IMG/VR virus record: IMGVR_UViG_3300050821_002122
Coordinates: 1-64,000 of that record
Direction: 5' to 3' (one strand)
From: a virus
Length of the DNA stretch: 64,000 nt
The notes under the pieces were generated by a model, which saw nothing but the letters and a program-made list of their open reading frames with translations, ran no database searches and was not told the DNA's origin. A program made the translations under genes and the position numbers. Of the stretch, positions 26,598-34,429 are shown piece by piece (position 1 is the first letter of the stretch; the number at the start of each line of letters is the position of its first letter).

Positions 26598-27008
26598 ATG
26601 AAGCAATACAACAAATCTCTGGACTTCATAACCCTGGCGATGGCGACGGCGCGCAAAGGCAACATGAAGTTGGCCGCCCGTCTGTTTGCCAGTGCAGTGA
26701 AAGAGCCGGACGCGAAACGTGCCATCGGCATTCTGGAAGCATCCAACAAGCAGGCGTACCAAGCTATCACGGCGGCTCGCAAGCCAGTCGTCGCTGCTGA
26801 GGACGACATGGACTACGGTGACGAAAGCGACATCGAAGACCTGGTCGGTGACGGCGGCGAAGAGGAAGAAGAAGGAGAGCAGATGGAAGTCGAGTCGGCC
26901 GAAGAAGAGGACGACGAAGAAGACGACTTCGACGACGAAGCTTTCGCCAGCGTGCTGGCTTCGATGGTTCAGGTCAAAGCAAAACCTGCAGCAAAGAAAC
27001 GTAAGTAA
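26598..27008 (+). CDS. Head-associated acidic protein
   Basis: AAGGAG RBS, helical N-terminus, VVAAEDD, then a Glu/Asp-rich tract and a basic tail. Confidence 0.65.
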   Translation: MKQYNKSLDFITLAMATARKGNMKLAARLFASAVKEPDAKRAIGILEASNKQAYQAITAARKPVVAAEDDMDYGDESDIEDLVGDGGEEEEEGEQMEVESAEEEDDEEDDFDDEAFASVLASMVQVKAKPAAKKRK

Positions 27009-27015
27009 GACCAAG

Positions 27016-27052
27016 GAGCCGGCCACGCAATATAACGCTGGCCGGCTCTTTT
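27016..27052 (+). terminator. Intrinsic terminator
   Basis: GAGCCGGCCA / TGGCCGGCTC stem plus TTTT. Confidence 0.7.
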
Positions 27053-27068
27053 CACATTGAGGCCCAAT

Positions 27069-27698
27069 ATGGATATTCAACCTATTGAGGAATTTGTATT
27101 CAAAGGTCTGGTGCAAAGAGCTTCACAAGTCTTCGGCTGCCGAGTAATACTCGTTACTGCCAACGATAAGCAAGCAGCGTTGGCTAAAACATTCAATGGT
27201 CAACCAGTAGAGTATCCCTATCTGTTCATATCACCTGGCAGTTTGTCCAACAATCCCGAAAGCTATGCTACGAATTTTCTGGCACGCAAAGGTTTGATGA
27301 CGACGGTGGGTGATAAGCAAGGTATGGTGGTCAAGTTGATGCCCGCTAACTTCGAGACAGAATTCGAGTTTGTGACCAACAAGTTTATGGCCGTTGAGCA
27401 AGGGTCAGTGCTGTCCTACGCCAAGCGCTGGCTGTTCGCCCGCCGCGCTGGATGGCTTAAATTTAATGTTGAGTATGGACGCTTACGCCTGCCCATATCA
27501 TTGACTCTAGCAGAGTCAGTTCCCACGCCGCCAATGGAGAACAAAACCGAGAATGAGTCAGCCTACAAGATCGTTAGCACATGCACGGTCCATGGCTGGA
27601 TATCCGAGGCTACTCTGCAAACACAAGGTGTGGTCAACACAATCGAGCTTCAGACCTCAATAGCAGGCGTAGGTGCCCAATTCTTTCCCTTCAACTAA
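27069..27698 (+). CDS. Putative tail terminator/completion protein
   Basis: Position between the capsid and sheath genes, alpha/beta pattern. Function inferred from synteny. Confidence 0.5.
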   Translation: MDIQPIEEFVFKGLVQRASQVFGCRVILVTANDKQAALAKTFNGQPVEYPYLFISPGSLSNNPESYATNFLARKGLMTTVGDKQGMVVKLMPANFETEFEFVTNKFMAVEQGSVLSYAKRWLFARRAGWLKFNVEYGRLRLPISLTLAESVPTPPMENKTENESAYKIVSTCTVHGWISEATLQTQGVVNTIELQTSIAGVGAQFFPFN

Positions 27699-27707
27699 GG
27701 AGCTGTT

Positions 27708-27887
27708 ATGAAGAAAGTCATAAACCTGACGCGGGTTACGCAGCAGGTCGACGTGCGCCACGCGGATGGTAAGCTTGATCGCGTACAGATCATGCCGCGT
27801 GGCCGCACTACACTACGAGAAGGCATGGTAGTCGATCCACGGTGGGAACAGAAGAATCCCAACGTCATCAAATCTGAGGAGGTCTAA
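27708..27887 (+). CDS. 59-aa protein immediately upstream of the sheath gene (not in ORF track)
   Basis: TAAGGAG RBS. MKKVINLTRVTQQVDVRHADGKLDRVQIMPRGRTTLREGMVVDPRWEQKNPNVIKSEEV* abuts the sheath ATG. Confidence 0.7.
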   Translation: MKKVINLTRVTQQVDVRHADGKLDRVQIMPRGRTTLREGMVVDPRWEQKNPNVIKSEEV

Positions 27888-29828
27888 ATGGCGATTCTTC
27901 AACAACAAGGGTCCGACGTTCGGATTCAGGAGATCAATCTCAGTCAAGTAATCACATCGGCGTCTTCGTCGGTTGCTTGCCAGGTGGTGGTCTCCAATCA
28001 AGGTTCACCAGACCCCAAATACTTCACCAACTCGGATGACTACCTCAACGAGTATGGTAATCCTAACGCACAGATATCGTTTGACGTCTACTGCGGTCTG
28101 GACTTCTTCAAAGAAGGTAACGCTATGTGGGCGCGCCGTGCAGTGCATTCCGATGCGCTGTACGCTGGTGTTGTTCTCTACAGTGATGGCACGGAAAGCG
28201 CTTTGAATTCGGCTCCGGTCGGTATTCCGAATCCGCTGCTGCCGAACTGGGGTGTTCTGATGCCGAACACTGCGGATACTCCAATCGCATTGTTCTATCC
28301 GATCCATGGTCAAGGCTCATACGCCAAGTCCATTGCGGTAGAGATCGTATCCAACAACGTTGATACGCCGACGAACCCGTTAGCAGTATCGGCTACCACT
28401 GGCGGTGTGCTGCCTCCAGCGACTTATCAGTATCAGGTTGCAGCTCTGGGTCAAAATGGTGAGACTCTTGCCACTGCGCCAGTTGTTGTCGTCATTGCTG
28501 GTGTCTCGGTCACGAATTCGATCACCATTTCGTGGGACTTGGTACCTTTGGCTATCGGCTACGTTGTATATGGCCGCGACTCGGTTACTGTTGGCGAGTT
28601 GATGACTGTCGGTCAAGGCGTGTTGTCGTTCATCGATACCGGTGCTATCACCCCAGATACTACTCATACGCCGATCACCAGCCCAGCCGATCTGCCGCCA
28701 CGTAATCCGCAGTTCACGGTCAACGTGTATGACACTTCGCAGTCGTCTTACCAGCCAGTCGAATCGTTCTTGTGCACCTTGGACGACGGTATCGATTCGA
28801 CCGGTACGGCTACTGAACTGGAAGAACGTATCAACCCGTTCTCGAACTACGTGCAGGTTCTGAATAACACACCTGCTCTGTCGTCCACACCAACGATCAA
28901 CAGTTCGGCTCCTAAGCTGATGACTGGTGGCGATAGCGGTACGGCGCCAACGTCGTTCGATGTAGCCGCTGCATACGGCATCTTTGCCAACAAACAACTG
29001 TACAAGATCAACACGCTCATCAATGGTGGTCATGCTGATCCAATCGTGCAGTTGGCGATGGACACCTTGGCTCAAGGTCGTGGTGATACGGTCGCGATGC
29101 TGGATGTCCCATCCAATGCGCAGCAGTTCCAACAGGCAATCAACTATCGTAACCTGACGTTGAACCTGAACTCGACCTACAGTGGTCTGTTTAACCCAGA
29201 CGTTCTGGAAGCAGACAACATCAATGGTAAGCAGCAGTATGTGCCGTTCTCTGGCTGGGCTGCTGCACTGTGCGCGCGGACCGATCGTGTAGCTAACCCA
29301 AGCTTCTCGATAGCAGGTCTGAACCGCGGTATCGTGGACGTACTGAAAACGCGGTACACCTTCGATGATCCACAATCGACGGCATTGTTCCAAGCACAAG
29401 TCAACTACACGCGGACCTTCATCGGTCAAGGCATCGCACTGTGGGAGCAGACCACGCTTGCAGCGCAACCGTCGGCACTGAGCTGGATTTCGGTACGTCG
29501 TATTGTCAACGTCATCAAGACCTCGCTGTATAGCTTCCTGCTCTACAGCTTGCAAGAACCAGATGATGAATTCACGGGCCGCCAGATCGTTGGCTCATGC
29601 TCGGCTTACCTGCAGTTGATTCAAAACGCCCGAGGCATCTCAAGCTTCAAGGTTGTAAGCGACAACTCCAACAACTCTGCGGCGCAACTGAACTCCGGTA
29701 TCCGCGTGGTCACGGTTGTCATCGTGCCAGTGATTCCGATCCATGAGATTCAGTTGCAGATGGTGATCTCGAAACAAGGTGTGAGCTTCAATGAAGTTCT
29801 TCAGCAGGTCAACGGCCAGCCATCGTAA
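27888..29828 (+). CDS. Contractile tail sheath protein
   Basis: N-terminal DVRIQEINLS, VPFSGWAAALCARTD...SIAGLNRG and WISVRRIVNVIK. 646 aa. Confidence 0.9.
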   Translation: MAILQQQGSDVRIQEINLSQVITSASSSVACQVVVSNQGSPDPKYFTNSDDYLNEYGNPNAQISFDVYCGLDFFKEGNAMWARRAVHSDALYAGVVLYSDGTESALNSAPVGIPNPLLPNWGVLMPNTADTPIALFYPIHGQGSYAKSIAVEIVSNNVDTPTNPLAVSATTGGVLPPATYQYQVAALGQNGETLATAPVVVVIAGVSVTNSITISWDLVPLAIGYVVYGRDSVTVGELMTVGQGVLSFIDTGAITPDTTHTPITSPADLPPRNPQFTVNVYDTSQSSYQPVESFLCTLDDGIDSTGTATELEERINPFSNYVQVLNNTPALSSTPTINSSAPKLMTGGDSGTAPTSFDVAAAYGIFANKQLYKINTLINGGHADPIVQLAMDTLAQGRGDTVAMLDVPSNAQQFQQAINYRNLTLNLNSTYSGLFNPDVLEADNINGKQQYVPFSGWAAALCARTDRVANPSFSIAGLNRGIVDVLKTRYTFDDPQSTALFQAQVNYTRTFIGQGIALWEQTTLAAQPSALSWISVRRIVNVIKTSLYSFLLYSLQEPDDEFTGRQIVGSCSAYLQLIQNARGISSFKVVSDNSNNSAAQLNSGIRVVTVVIVPVIPIHEIQLQMVISKQGVSFNEVLQQVNGQPS

Positions 29829-29870
29829 CGGATAGGGCGTCTACATGAGCCCCTAAACAAGGAGTAGCAA

Positions 29871-30374
29871 ATGACACGTACTTCATTGGCTGACGTATCG
29901 AGCCTACAAGACCCGGCGGTAAGCTGGAACTTCGACCTCTTCCTTCCCACTATCCCTGGTAGCTCAGACACGCGTGACTTGTCCATCAAGTGCATGACGA
30001 CTGACATGCCAGGCTCCACCATCGAGCGTGTAGAGGTCCCGCTGCATGGTGTGAACTTGGTTTATGGCGGACGAAAGACCTACAGTCATTCGATTGCCAC
30101 AACCTTCTTGGAGACCAGTGACTGGGCCACGCGAGAGAAATTCCGTCGCTGGCACCAGATGCGTGACTGGGTGAACAACAGTGGTATGCTGGCATCGGCG
30201 TACAAGGTCAACGCACAGGTTGTGGTCTACAACGACATACCAGCGGTAACGAAGACCTGCGCAGTAACTGGTTTGTGGCCAGACGTAATCAACGAGGTGG
30301 CGCTCGATGGTTCTGCTTCCAACTTGATTACCCTCGCCATCACGTTTGCTTTCGACTTCTGGGAGGACATCTAA
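29871..30374 (+). CDS. Tail tube protein
   Basis: 167 aa directly after the sheath, with T4 gp19-like pattern (DPAVSWNF, MPGSTI, YGGRKTY, LWP, ITFAFD). Confidence 0.85.
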   Translation: MTRTSLADVSSLQDPAVSWNFDLFLPTIPGSSDTRDLSIKCMTTDMPGSTIERVEVPLHGVNLVYGGRKTYSHSIATTFLETSDWATREKFRRWHQMRDWVNNSGMLASAYKVNAQVVVYNDIPAVTKTCAVTGLWPDVINEVALDGSASNLITLAITFAFDFWEDI

Positions 30375-30395
30375 GTAAATAGCTAGTGCTTCAAA

Positions 30396-30463
30396 ATCTG
30401 TTTAGTGCGAAAAAAGGTTTAGCGGCCTCTGGTGTGCCACATCACACCTAGCATTAAACAGAT
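30396..30463 (+). ncRNA. Predicted structured RNA element in the endonuclease leader
   Basis: 13-bp outer helix 30396-30408/30451-30463 (one G-U) enclosing a GGTGTG/CACACC hairpin at 30431-30448. Confidence 0.45.
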
Positions 30464-30486
30464 CCTATTACCTATGTGGAGGACGT

Positions 30487-31572
30487 ATGAACAACAAAGA
30501 ATTCTACAATGCCCTCTTGGCATTGCGCGGGAAATATAAAGGTCGGTCTCTATGGGCACAATTGCTTAATGGTTTTCCGCAAGAGACGAAGCGACTAGAG
30601 AAGGTATTAGGTAAGCGATTCAGTTCGGAGGTTCTGTACAATTATCTCTTACCTAATGCACGAAAAACATGTATTACATGCAGTGCTGGTCCGTTGAAAT
30701 TTATGACCTTCTATGACGGTTACCGAAGCTACTGTGGGCCAGCATGTTCTCACGGTACTGCTGAAGTAATTGAAAAACGAGTTGCAACCTGCAGGCAACG
30801 GCTTGGTGTTGATAATCCAAGTCAGAGTAAGAAGATCAAGCGCAAGAAAATTAAAACAAGCCGTAAGAATAATGGATGTGATTATCCCATGCAGAATAGC
30901 AGAGTGCAGGCGCTTGCGGTCACTACAAGACTAGAGAAGACTGGTTTTGAATACACCACGCAAACAAAGGATTTCCAGATAAAACGTAAGCGAACCTTAG
31001 TTGGAAAGTACGGCACTTCTTGTTTGGATGCAGTACCGGAAATCAAAGAGCGGAAACAAAATACCACAATGAAAAATTATGGTGTGCTTAATCCCTCCCA
31101 GTCACCGGAAGTACACGCAAGAAAATTGAGGACTGGCTACAGTACAAAGGTCGTTAAGATTGGCAAACGTATTTTTCATCTGCAAGGCTACGAACCGCAA
31201 GCGCTTATGTATTTGCTAAGTATAGGTGTAACACTAAATAACGTGGAGGTGCCTGAGGTCGGTATCCCATACGAATGTTCCAAAACAGGTAAAAGTAGAA
31301 TATATTTTCCGGACTTCGTTCTGCATGGACCCAGATGGGACACTATGCTTGAAATTAAAAGTACATGGACTGCCTTGTTGAAGAATGAGAGTGTAAGCAG
31401 AAATATTCATGATAAGCATAAAGGTGTGGACCTAGTTGGTCATAAATTCTTACTTCTTATCATGAATAGCGATGGGACTTATCATCGTCACATGGAATAT
31501 GACAAAGTACGAAATGATGAGCGGGACTTTCGCGAGAGTATCTTAGCATCCGAATTAAATCTACTAGTATAG
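30487..31572 (+). CDS. Free-standing putative homing endonuclease (basic repeats plus PD-(D/E)xK domain)
   Basis: Repeated NPSQS..IK.K...T...YG units, then RIYFPDF...LEIKSTW. Visibly AT-richer than the flanking structural genes. Confidence 0.65.
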   Translation: MNNKEFYNALLALRGKYKGRSLWAQLLNGFPQETKRLEKVLGKRFSSEVLYNYLLPNARKTCITCSAGPLKFMTFYDGYRSYCGPACSHGTAEVIEKRVATCRQRLGVDNPSQSKKIKRKKIKTSRKNNGCDYPMQNSRVQALAVTTRLEKTGFEYTTQTKDFQIKRKRTLVGKYGTSCLDAVPEIKERKQNTTMKNYGVLNPSQSPEVHARKLRTGYSTKVVKIGKRIFHLQGYEPQALMYLLSIGVTLNNVEVPEVGIPYECSKTGKSRIYFPDFVLHGPRWDTMLEIKSTWTALLKNESVSRNIHDKHKGVDLVGHKFLLLIMNSDGTYHRHMEYDKVRNDERDFRESILASELNLLV

Positions 31573-31577
31573 AGGCG

Positions 31578-31605
31578 AAAAAGCCAGACATATCATGTCT
31601 GGCTT
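31578..31605. terminator. Terminator between convergent genes
   Basis: AAGCCAGACAT / ATGTCTGGCTT 11-bp stem. A T run follows on the - strand. Confidence 0.7.
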
Positions 31606-31610
31606 ATTGG

Positions 31611-31991
31611 TTAGTGAATATTCAAATCCCTTGTATGGCAGTCACATTTTGGATCGTCACATTCCGCGTCACCGTCAGCGAATATAACGCTTTCTGCTTG
31701 CGCGATAAGCTCTTGCGGCGTCCAGAACTTTCGATCAACTTCTTTTAATTCAACGAAGTCGAGACCATCATTGGCAGCATCTTTCGGTAAGTCGCCTTGC
31801 TCATTCATTGGCTCACCATATAAAAGGCGGCATAAAATAGCGTGTACTATGTAAGCAGTACCATAGAGTAAAGCTTTTCGTAGGTCGTCGTCAACCTCAC
31901 CGCCAAAACAATCTTCGATGTACTCATTGGTTATCGCTTCTACTACATCATGTTTTGCTTGGTCCTTTTCAAAATCAGATTCGTATATCAT
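31611..31991 (-). CDS. Acidic hypothetical protein
   Basis: 126-aa ORF with an AAAGGA RBS and an upstream AGTAAATA box. Confidence 0.6.
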   Translation of the reverse strand: MIYESDFEKDQAKHDVVEAITNEYIEDCFGGEVDDDLRKALLYGTAYIVHAILCRLLYGEPMNEQGDLPKDAANDGLDFVELKEVDRKFWTPQELIAQAESVIFADGDAECDDPKCDCHTRDLNIH

Positions 31992-32015
31992 TTTCGATCC
32001 TTTCGTTAAACATAT

Positions 32016-32023
32016 TATTTACT
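32016..32023 (-). promoter_or_regulatory. Putative early/middle promoter box AGTAAATA
   Basis: TATTTACT on the + strand, about 25 nt upstream of the - strand start at 31991. Confidence 0.45.
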
Positions 32024-32029
32024 ATCCAT

Positions 32030-32037
32030 CAATTTTA
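32030..32037 (+). promoter_or_regulatory. Putative late-promoter box CAATTTTA
   Basis: At the divergence point, directly before AAGGAG and ATG 32049. Confidence 0.5.
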
Positions 32038-32048
32038 AGGAGCCTATC

Positions 32049-32144
32049 ATGCACTGGTATGCCTGGGTATTAATCGCAGTTGGTGTGGTCATCGGCCTGG
32101 TTATCAAGATGGCTGCGGATTTCGGTAAAGGCGGTCCGACATGA
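32049..32144 (+). CDS. 31-aa single-pass membrane peptide (not in ORF track)
   Basis: AAGGAG RBS. MHWYAWVLIAVGVVIGLVIKMAADFGKGGPT*. ATGA coupling to the next gene. Confidence 0.6.
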   Translation: MHWYAWVLIAVGVVIGLVIKMAADFGKGGPT

Positions 32145-32533
32145 CGCCACAGGATCAAGAAGTCTTTGAACCTTGGCAGCATGGCGACTGCGCTCGGGCT
32201 GTGATAGCATCACTGCTTGATTTACCAATCGCGGAGGTTCCTAACTTTGCGGCATTGGCTACCGAAGGCAATGGTTTCTGGAACATGACTTACGATTGGT
32301 TGGAAGCTCGAGGTCTAGAGTTCTTGCCACAAGTGAGCTTGGTCTACTATTGGAGACCCGGTGACCCAGACCTATATCATTACATGATGGGACCTTCGCC
32401 TCGCGGTGAGGGTATCTATCATGCAGTGGTTGGGCTGAACGGTGTACCGTATTTCGATCCTCATCCCAGTCGGGCCATGCTTGCCGGTGAGCCCTCACAA
32501 TGGCAAATTTCAATAGTAAGGAAAGCAAAATGA
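32141..32533 (+). CDS. Hypothetical protein, possible papain-like Cys-His-Asp fold
   Basis: GDCARAVIASLL ... YHAVVG ... YFDPHP. Confidence 0.5.
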   Translation: MTPQDQEVFEPWQHGDCARAVIASLLDLPIAEVPNFAALATEGNGFWNMTYDWLEARGLEFLPQVSLVYYWRPGDPDLYHYMMGPSPRGEGIYHAVVGLNGVPYFDPHPSRAMLAGEPSQWQISIVRKAK

Positions 32534-32814
32534 AAATCGAAGCCGCACAGCGACTTAAGGCTGCTGGTCCTCCGAATAGCCTCAAGAACACTATCATGCG
32601 AGGTTTGACTTCTGCTGGTCATAAGGTTGATCGACAAGGTGACTCAGTATTCGTCGTGCATGCGCGTTTCAACGAAGTAGCTGAAGTTCTTGAGGCATTA
32701 GGCTGGGAACATGCTGCCAAGTATAGCGAGTACACCAAACGCGGTGAGGAGTATTCAATAGCCTACACCACCAGCGGTGATGCAACAAAACTTGAGTTCA
32801 ATTACGACGCATAA
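32530..32814 (+). CDS. Hypothetical protein with MKIEAA leader
   Basis: MKIEAAQRLKA at ATG 32530 (ATGA overlap). Confidence 0.75.
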   Translation: MKIEAAQRLKAAGPPNSLKNTIMRGLTSAGHKVDRQGDSVFVVHARFNEVAEVLEALGWEHAAKYSEYTKRGEEYSIAYTTSGDATKLEFNYDA

Positions 32815-32884
32815 ATTTCTGGTACCTCAACAGAGGACCGTACTACCTCCTTCACCTTAGAGTGTCTCAATCATGGAGAAATAA

Positions 32885-33670
32885 ATGAACATCAATTTGC
32901 ATGGCCTCAATGCCAACACCGTAGCGATAACGGACTTCAAGATCGTGGCCTCCAAGCTGGCCAAGGTCGTCATCTCGTTCACTGGCAAGTTCGACAAAGC
33001 AGAAGTTACTGCTGCGCTGGGTCGTCAGCTGGGCAATCTGGCAACACCGGTCGAGAACTCGTTCCAGCGTGTCAAAGCTGGCTGCGCTGTCGGCTTCATT
33101 CGCGCTAACCAAGAGGTGCGCGTACCTGAACCGCAGGAGCTGAAAGCGTACAAGATCATGTCGTCCAACATCATGATGGACGAATCGGACAAGTCCTTGT
33201 GGGAAGTTCGCAAAGGTGCTTCGGGTACGTATCTGGCACGTCAGGGTCATGAGGACCTGTCAGAACTGGTGTCGGCTGCTACCAACCATGGCATCCTGAA
33301 TGTACCGCGCCTGAATCACATCGCGCAGGCTTCAGTCGCTCGTCGTGAGTTCGTTGCCTTCGCTTCGGCCTCCGGTGACATGGATTACGGCTTCTGCGTA
33401 GGCGTCAATCGCAACGATGGCATGCTGAAGGTTGTGGCTACCTCGGATCGTCAGGCTGTGGTCATCTCGTCGGAGCAGGTTGTGGCTTCGGTTCCTGTCG
33501 GCAAGAACGCACTTCAGCTGCCGCACGATGCACACGCACGCATTACGGCAAGTGGCATCAGCCGTACCGACGCGGATCAAGAGATCACGTACTACCAGAA
33601 ACTGTACGGCTACGATCCAGCGTACTTGGCTGAAGTTATCCGCCAAGTTGAAGGCACTACCGCAATGTAA
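32885..33670 (+). CDS. Probable virion structural protein
   Basis: GGAG RBS and capsid-gene-like codon bias. Confidence 0.6.
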   Translation: MNINLHGLNANTVAITDFKIVASKLAKVVISFTGKFDKAEVTAALGRQLGNLATPVENSFQRVKAGCAVGFIRANQEVRVPEPQELKAYKIMSSNIMMDESDKSLWEVRKGASGTYLARQGHEDLSELVSAATNHGILNVPRLNHIAQASVARREFVAFASASGDMDYGFCVGVNRNDGMLKVVATSDRQAVVISSEQVVASVPVGKNALQLPHDAHARITASGISRTDADQEITYYQKLYGYDPAYLAEVIRQVEGTTAM

Positions 33671-33681
33671 TTAGCCGTACA

Positions 33682-33716
33682 AAAGGGAGCGTCAGAGTTG
33701 ATCTGACGCTCCCTTT
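33682..33716. terminator. Bidirectional intrinsic terminator
   Basis: Perfect 15-bp stem AAAGGGAGCGTCAGA / TCTGACGCTCCCTTT between convergent blocks. Confidence 0.8.
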
Positions 33717-33746
33717 ACCACGCATGTACTATGTGCTTTAAGCACT

Positions 33747-33801
33747 AAAATAGCACCATAGCACCCCTTGCCTGGTAGTGCCTGAGGTGCTCTATGGTGC
33801 T
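33747..33801 (-). terminator. Hairpin downstream of the - strand replication block
   Basis: AGCACCATAG (33752-33761) pairs with CTATGGTGCT (33792-33801), followed by ATTTT on the - strand. Confidence 0.5.
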
Positions 33802-33802
33802 G

Positions 33803-34411
33803 TTACTGAGCTGCTGGCAGATCAACAACTGGAGCGGTTGGGTCAACTGCCAGAGCCGTTGGATCATCCACCACTGGTGCTTCTGCGGGTGCTTCGGTTG
33901 GAGCCGATTGCATTGCCAGCGCATCTTGCACAGCCTCACCAGCTGGTTGTGCATCCACAGCGGGCGATGCGTCAGCAACTGGAGCAGTTGGGTCCACAAC
34001 CGTTTGTTGAACGTCGGCTGCTGTACCATCGTTGGTCACCGCACTGTCAGCCACTTGCTGCACATCAGCGTTGCCGTCAGCCGCCGTATCGGTGGTGTCC
34101 GAACTGGCAGTATCTTGGGCGGCAGCGGCCACGATTTCGTCAGGGATGATGCCACCTTGTTGAGGACGGGTCGCCAGTGCCTCGATTGCTTGGTAACCAC
34201 CCTGCAGGCCTTGGATTGCGTTCTGCATGTTCTGGATAGCCGACGACGCGAATGGTGCCGTGTCACGCACGCCCTGGTTGTAGAAGAAACGGGCGTTGTC
34301 GATGGCGACTTGGCTCCAGGTTTCACGCCACGCTGGCGATGCCACATTCAGTGCGTTCTCGAAGCCGATTTGTACGGTGACGGTTTCGTCTTGGGTTGCT
34401 TGCTCGGTCAT
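33803..34411 (-). CDS. Acidic Ala/Asp/Pro-rich low-complexity protein
   Basis: 202-aa ORF with an AAGGA RBS and DPTAPVADA-type repeats. Confidence 0.65.
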   Translation of the reverse strand: MTEQATQDETVTVQIGFENALNVASPAWRETWSQVAIDNARFFYNQGVRDTAPFASSAIQNMQNAIQGLQGGYQAIEALATRPQQGGIIPDEIVAAAAQDTASSDTTDTAADGNADVQQVADSAVTNDGTAADVQQTVVDPTAPVADASPAVDAQPAGEAVQDALAMQSAPTEAPAEAPVVDDPTALAVDPTAPVVDLPAAQ

Positions 34412-34429
34412 AATAGTTCCTTAGTTAGG

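Noticed and set aside
23362-29555. Long antisense ORFs (23362-24732, 25437-26567, 28380-29555), also 17153-18250 and 18527-19339
   Set aside because: They mirror strongly codon-biased sense genes (scaffold, MCP, sheath, SNF2), lack RBSs and have no recognisable motifs. These are typical shadow frames.
7116-32814. MKIEAA leader as a DNA repeat, mobile cassette or promoter/RBS element
   Set aside because: Nucleotide sequences differ at nearly all synonymous positions while the amino acids are kept. There are no flanking repeats or shared upstream sequence.
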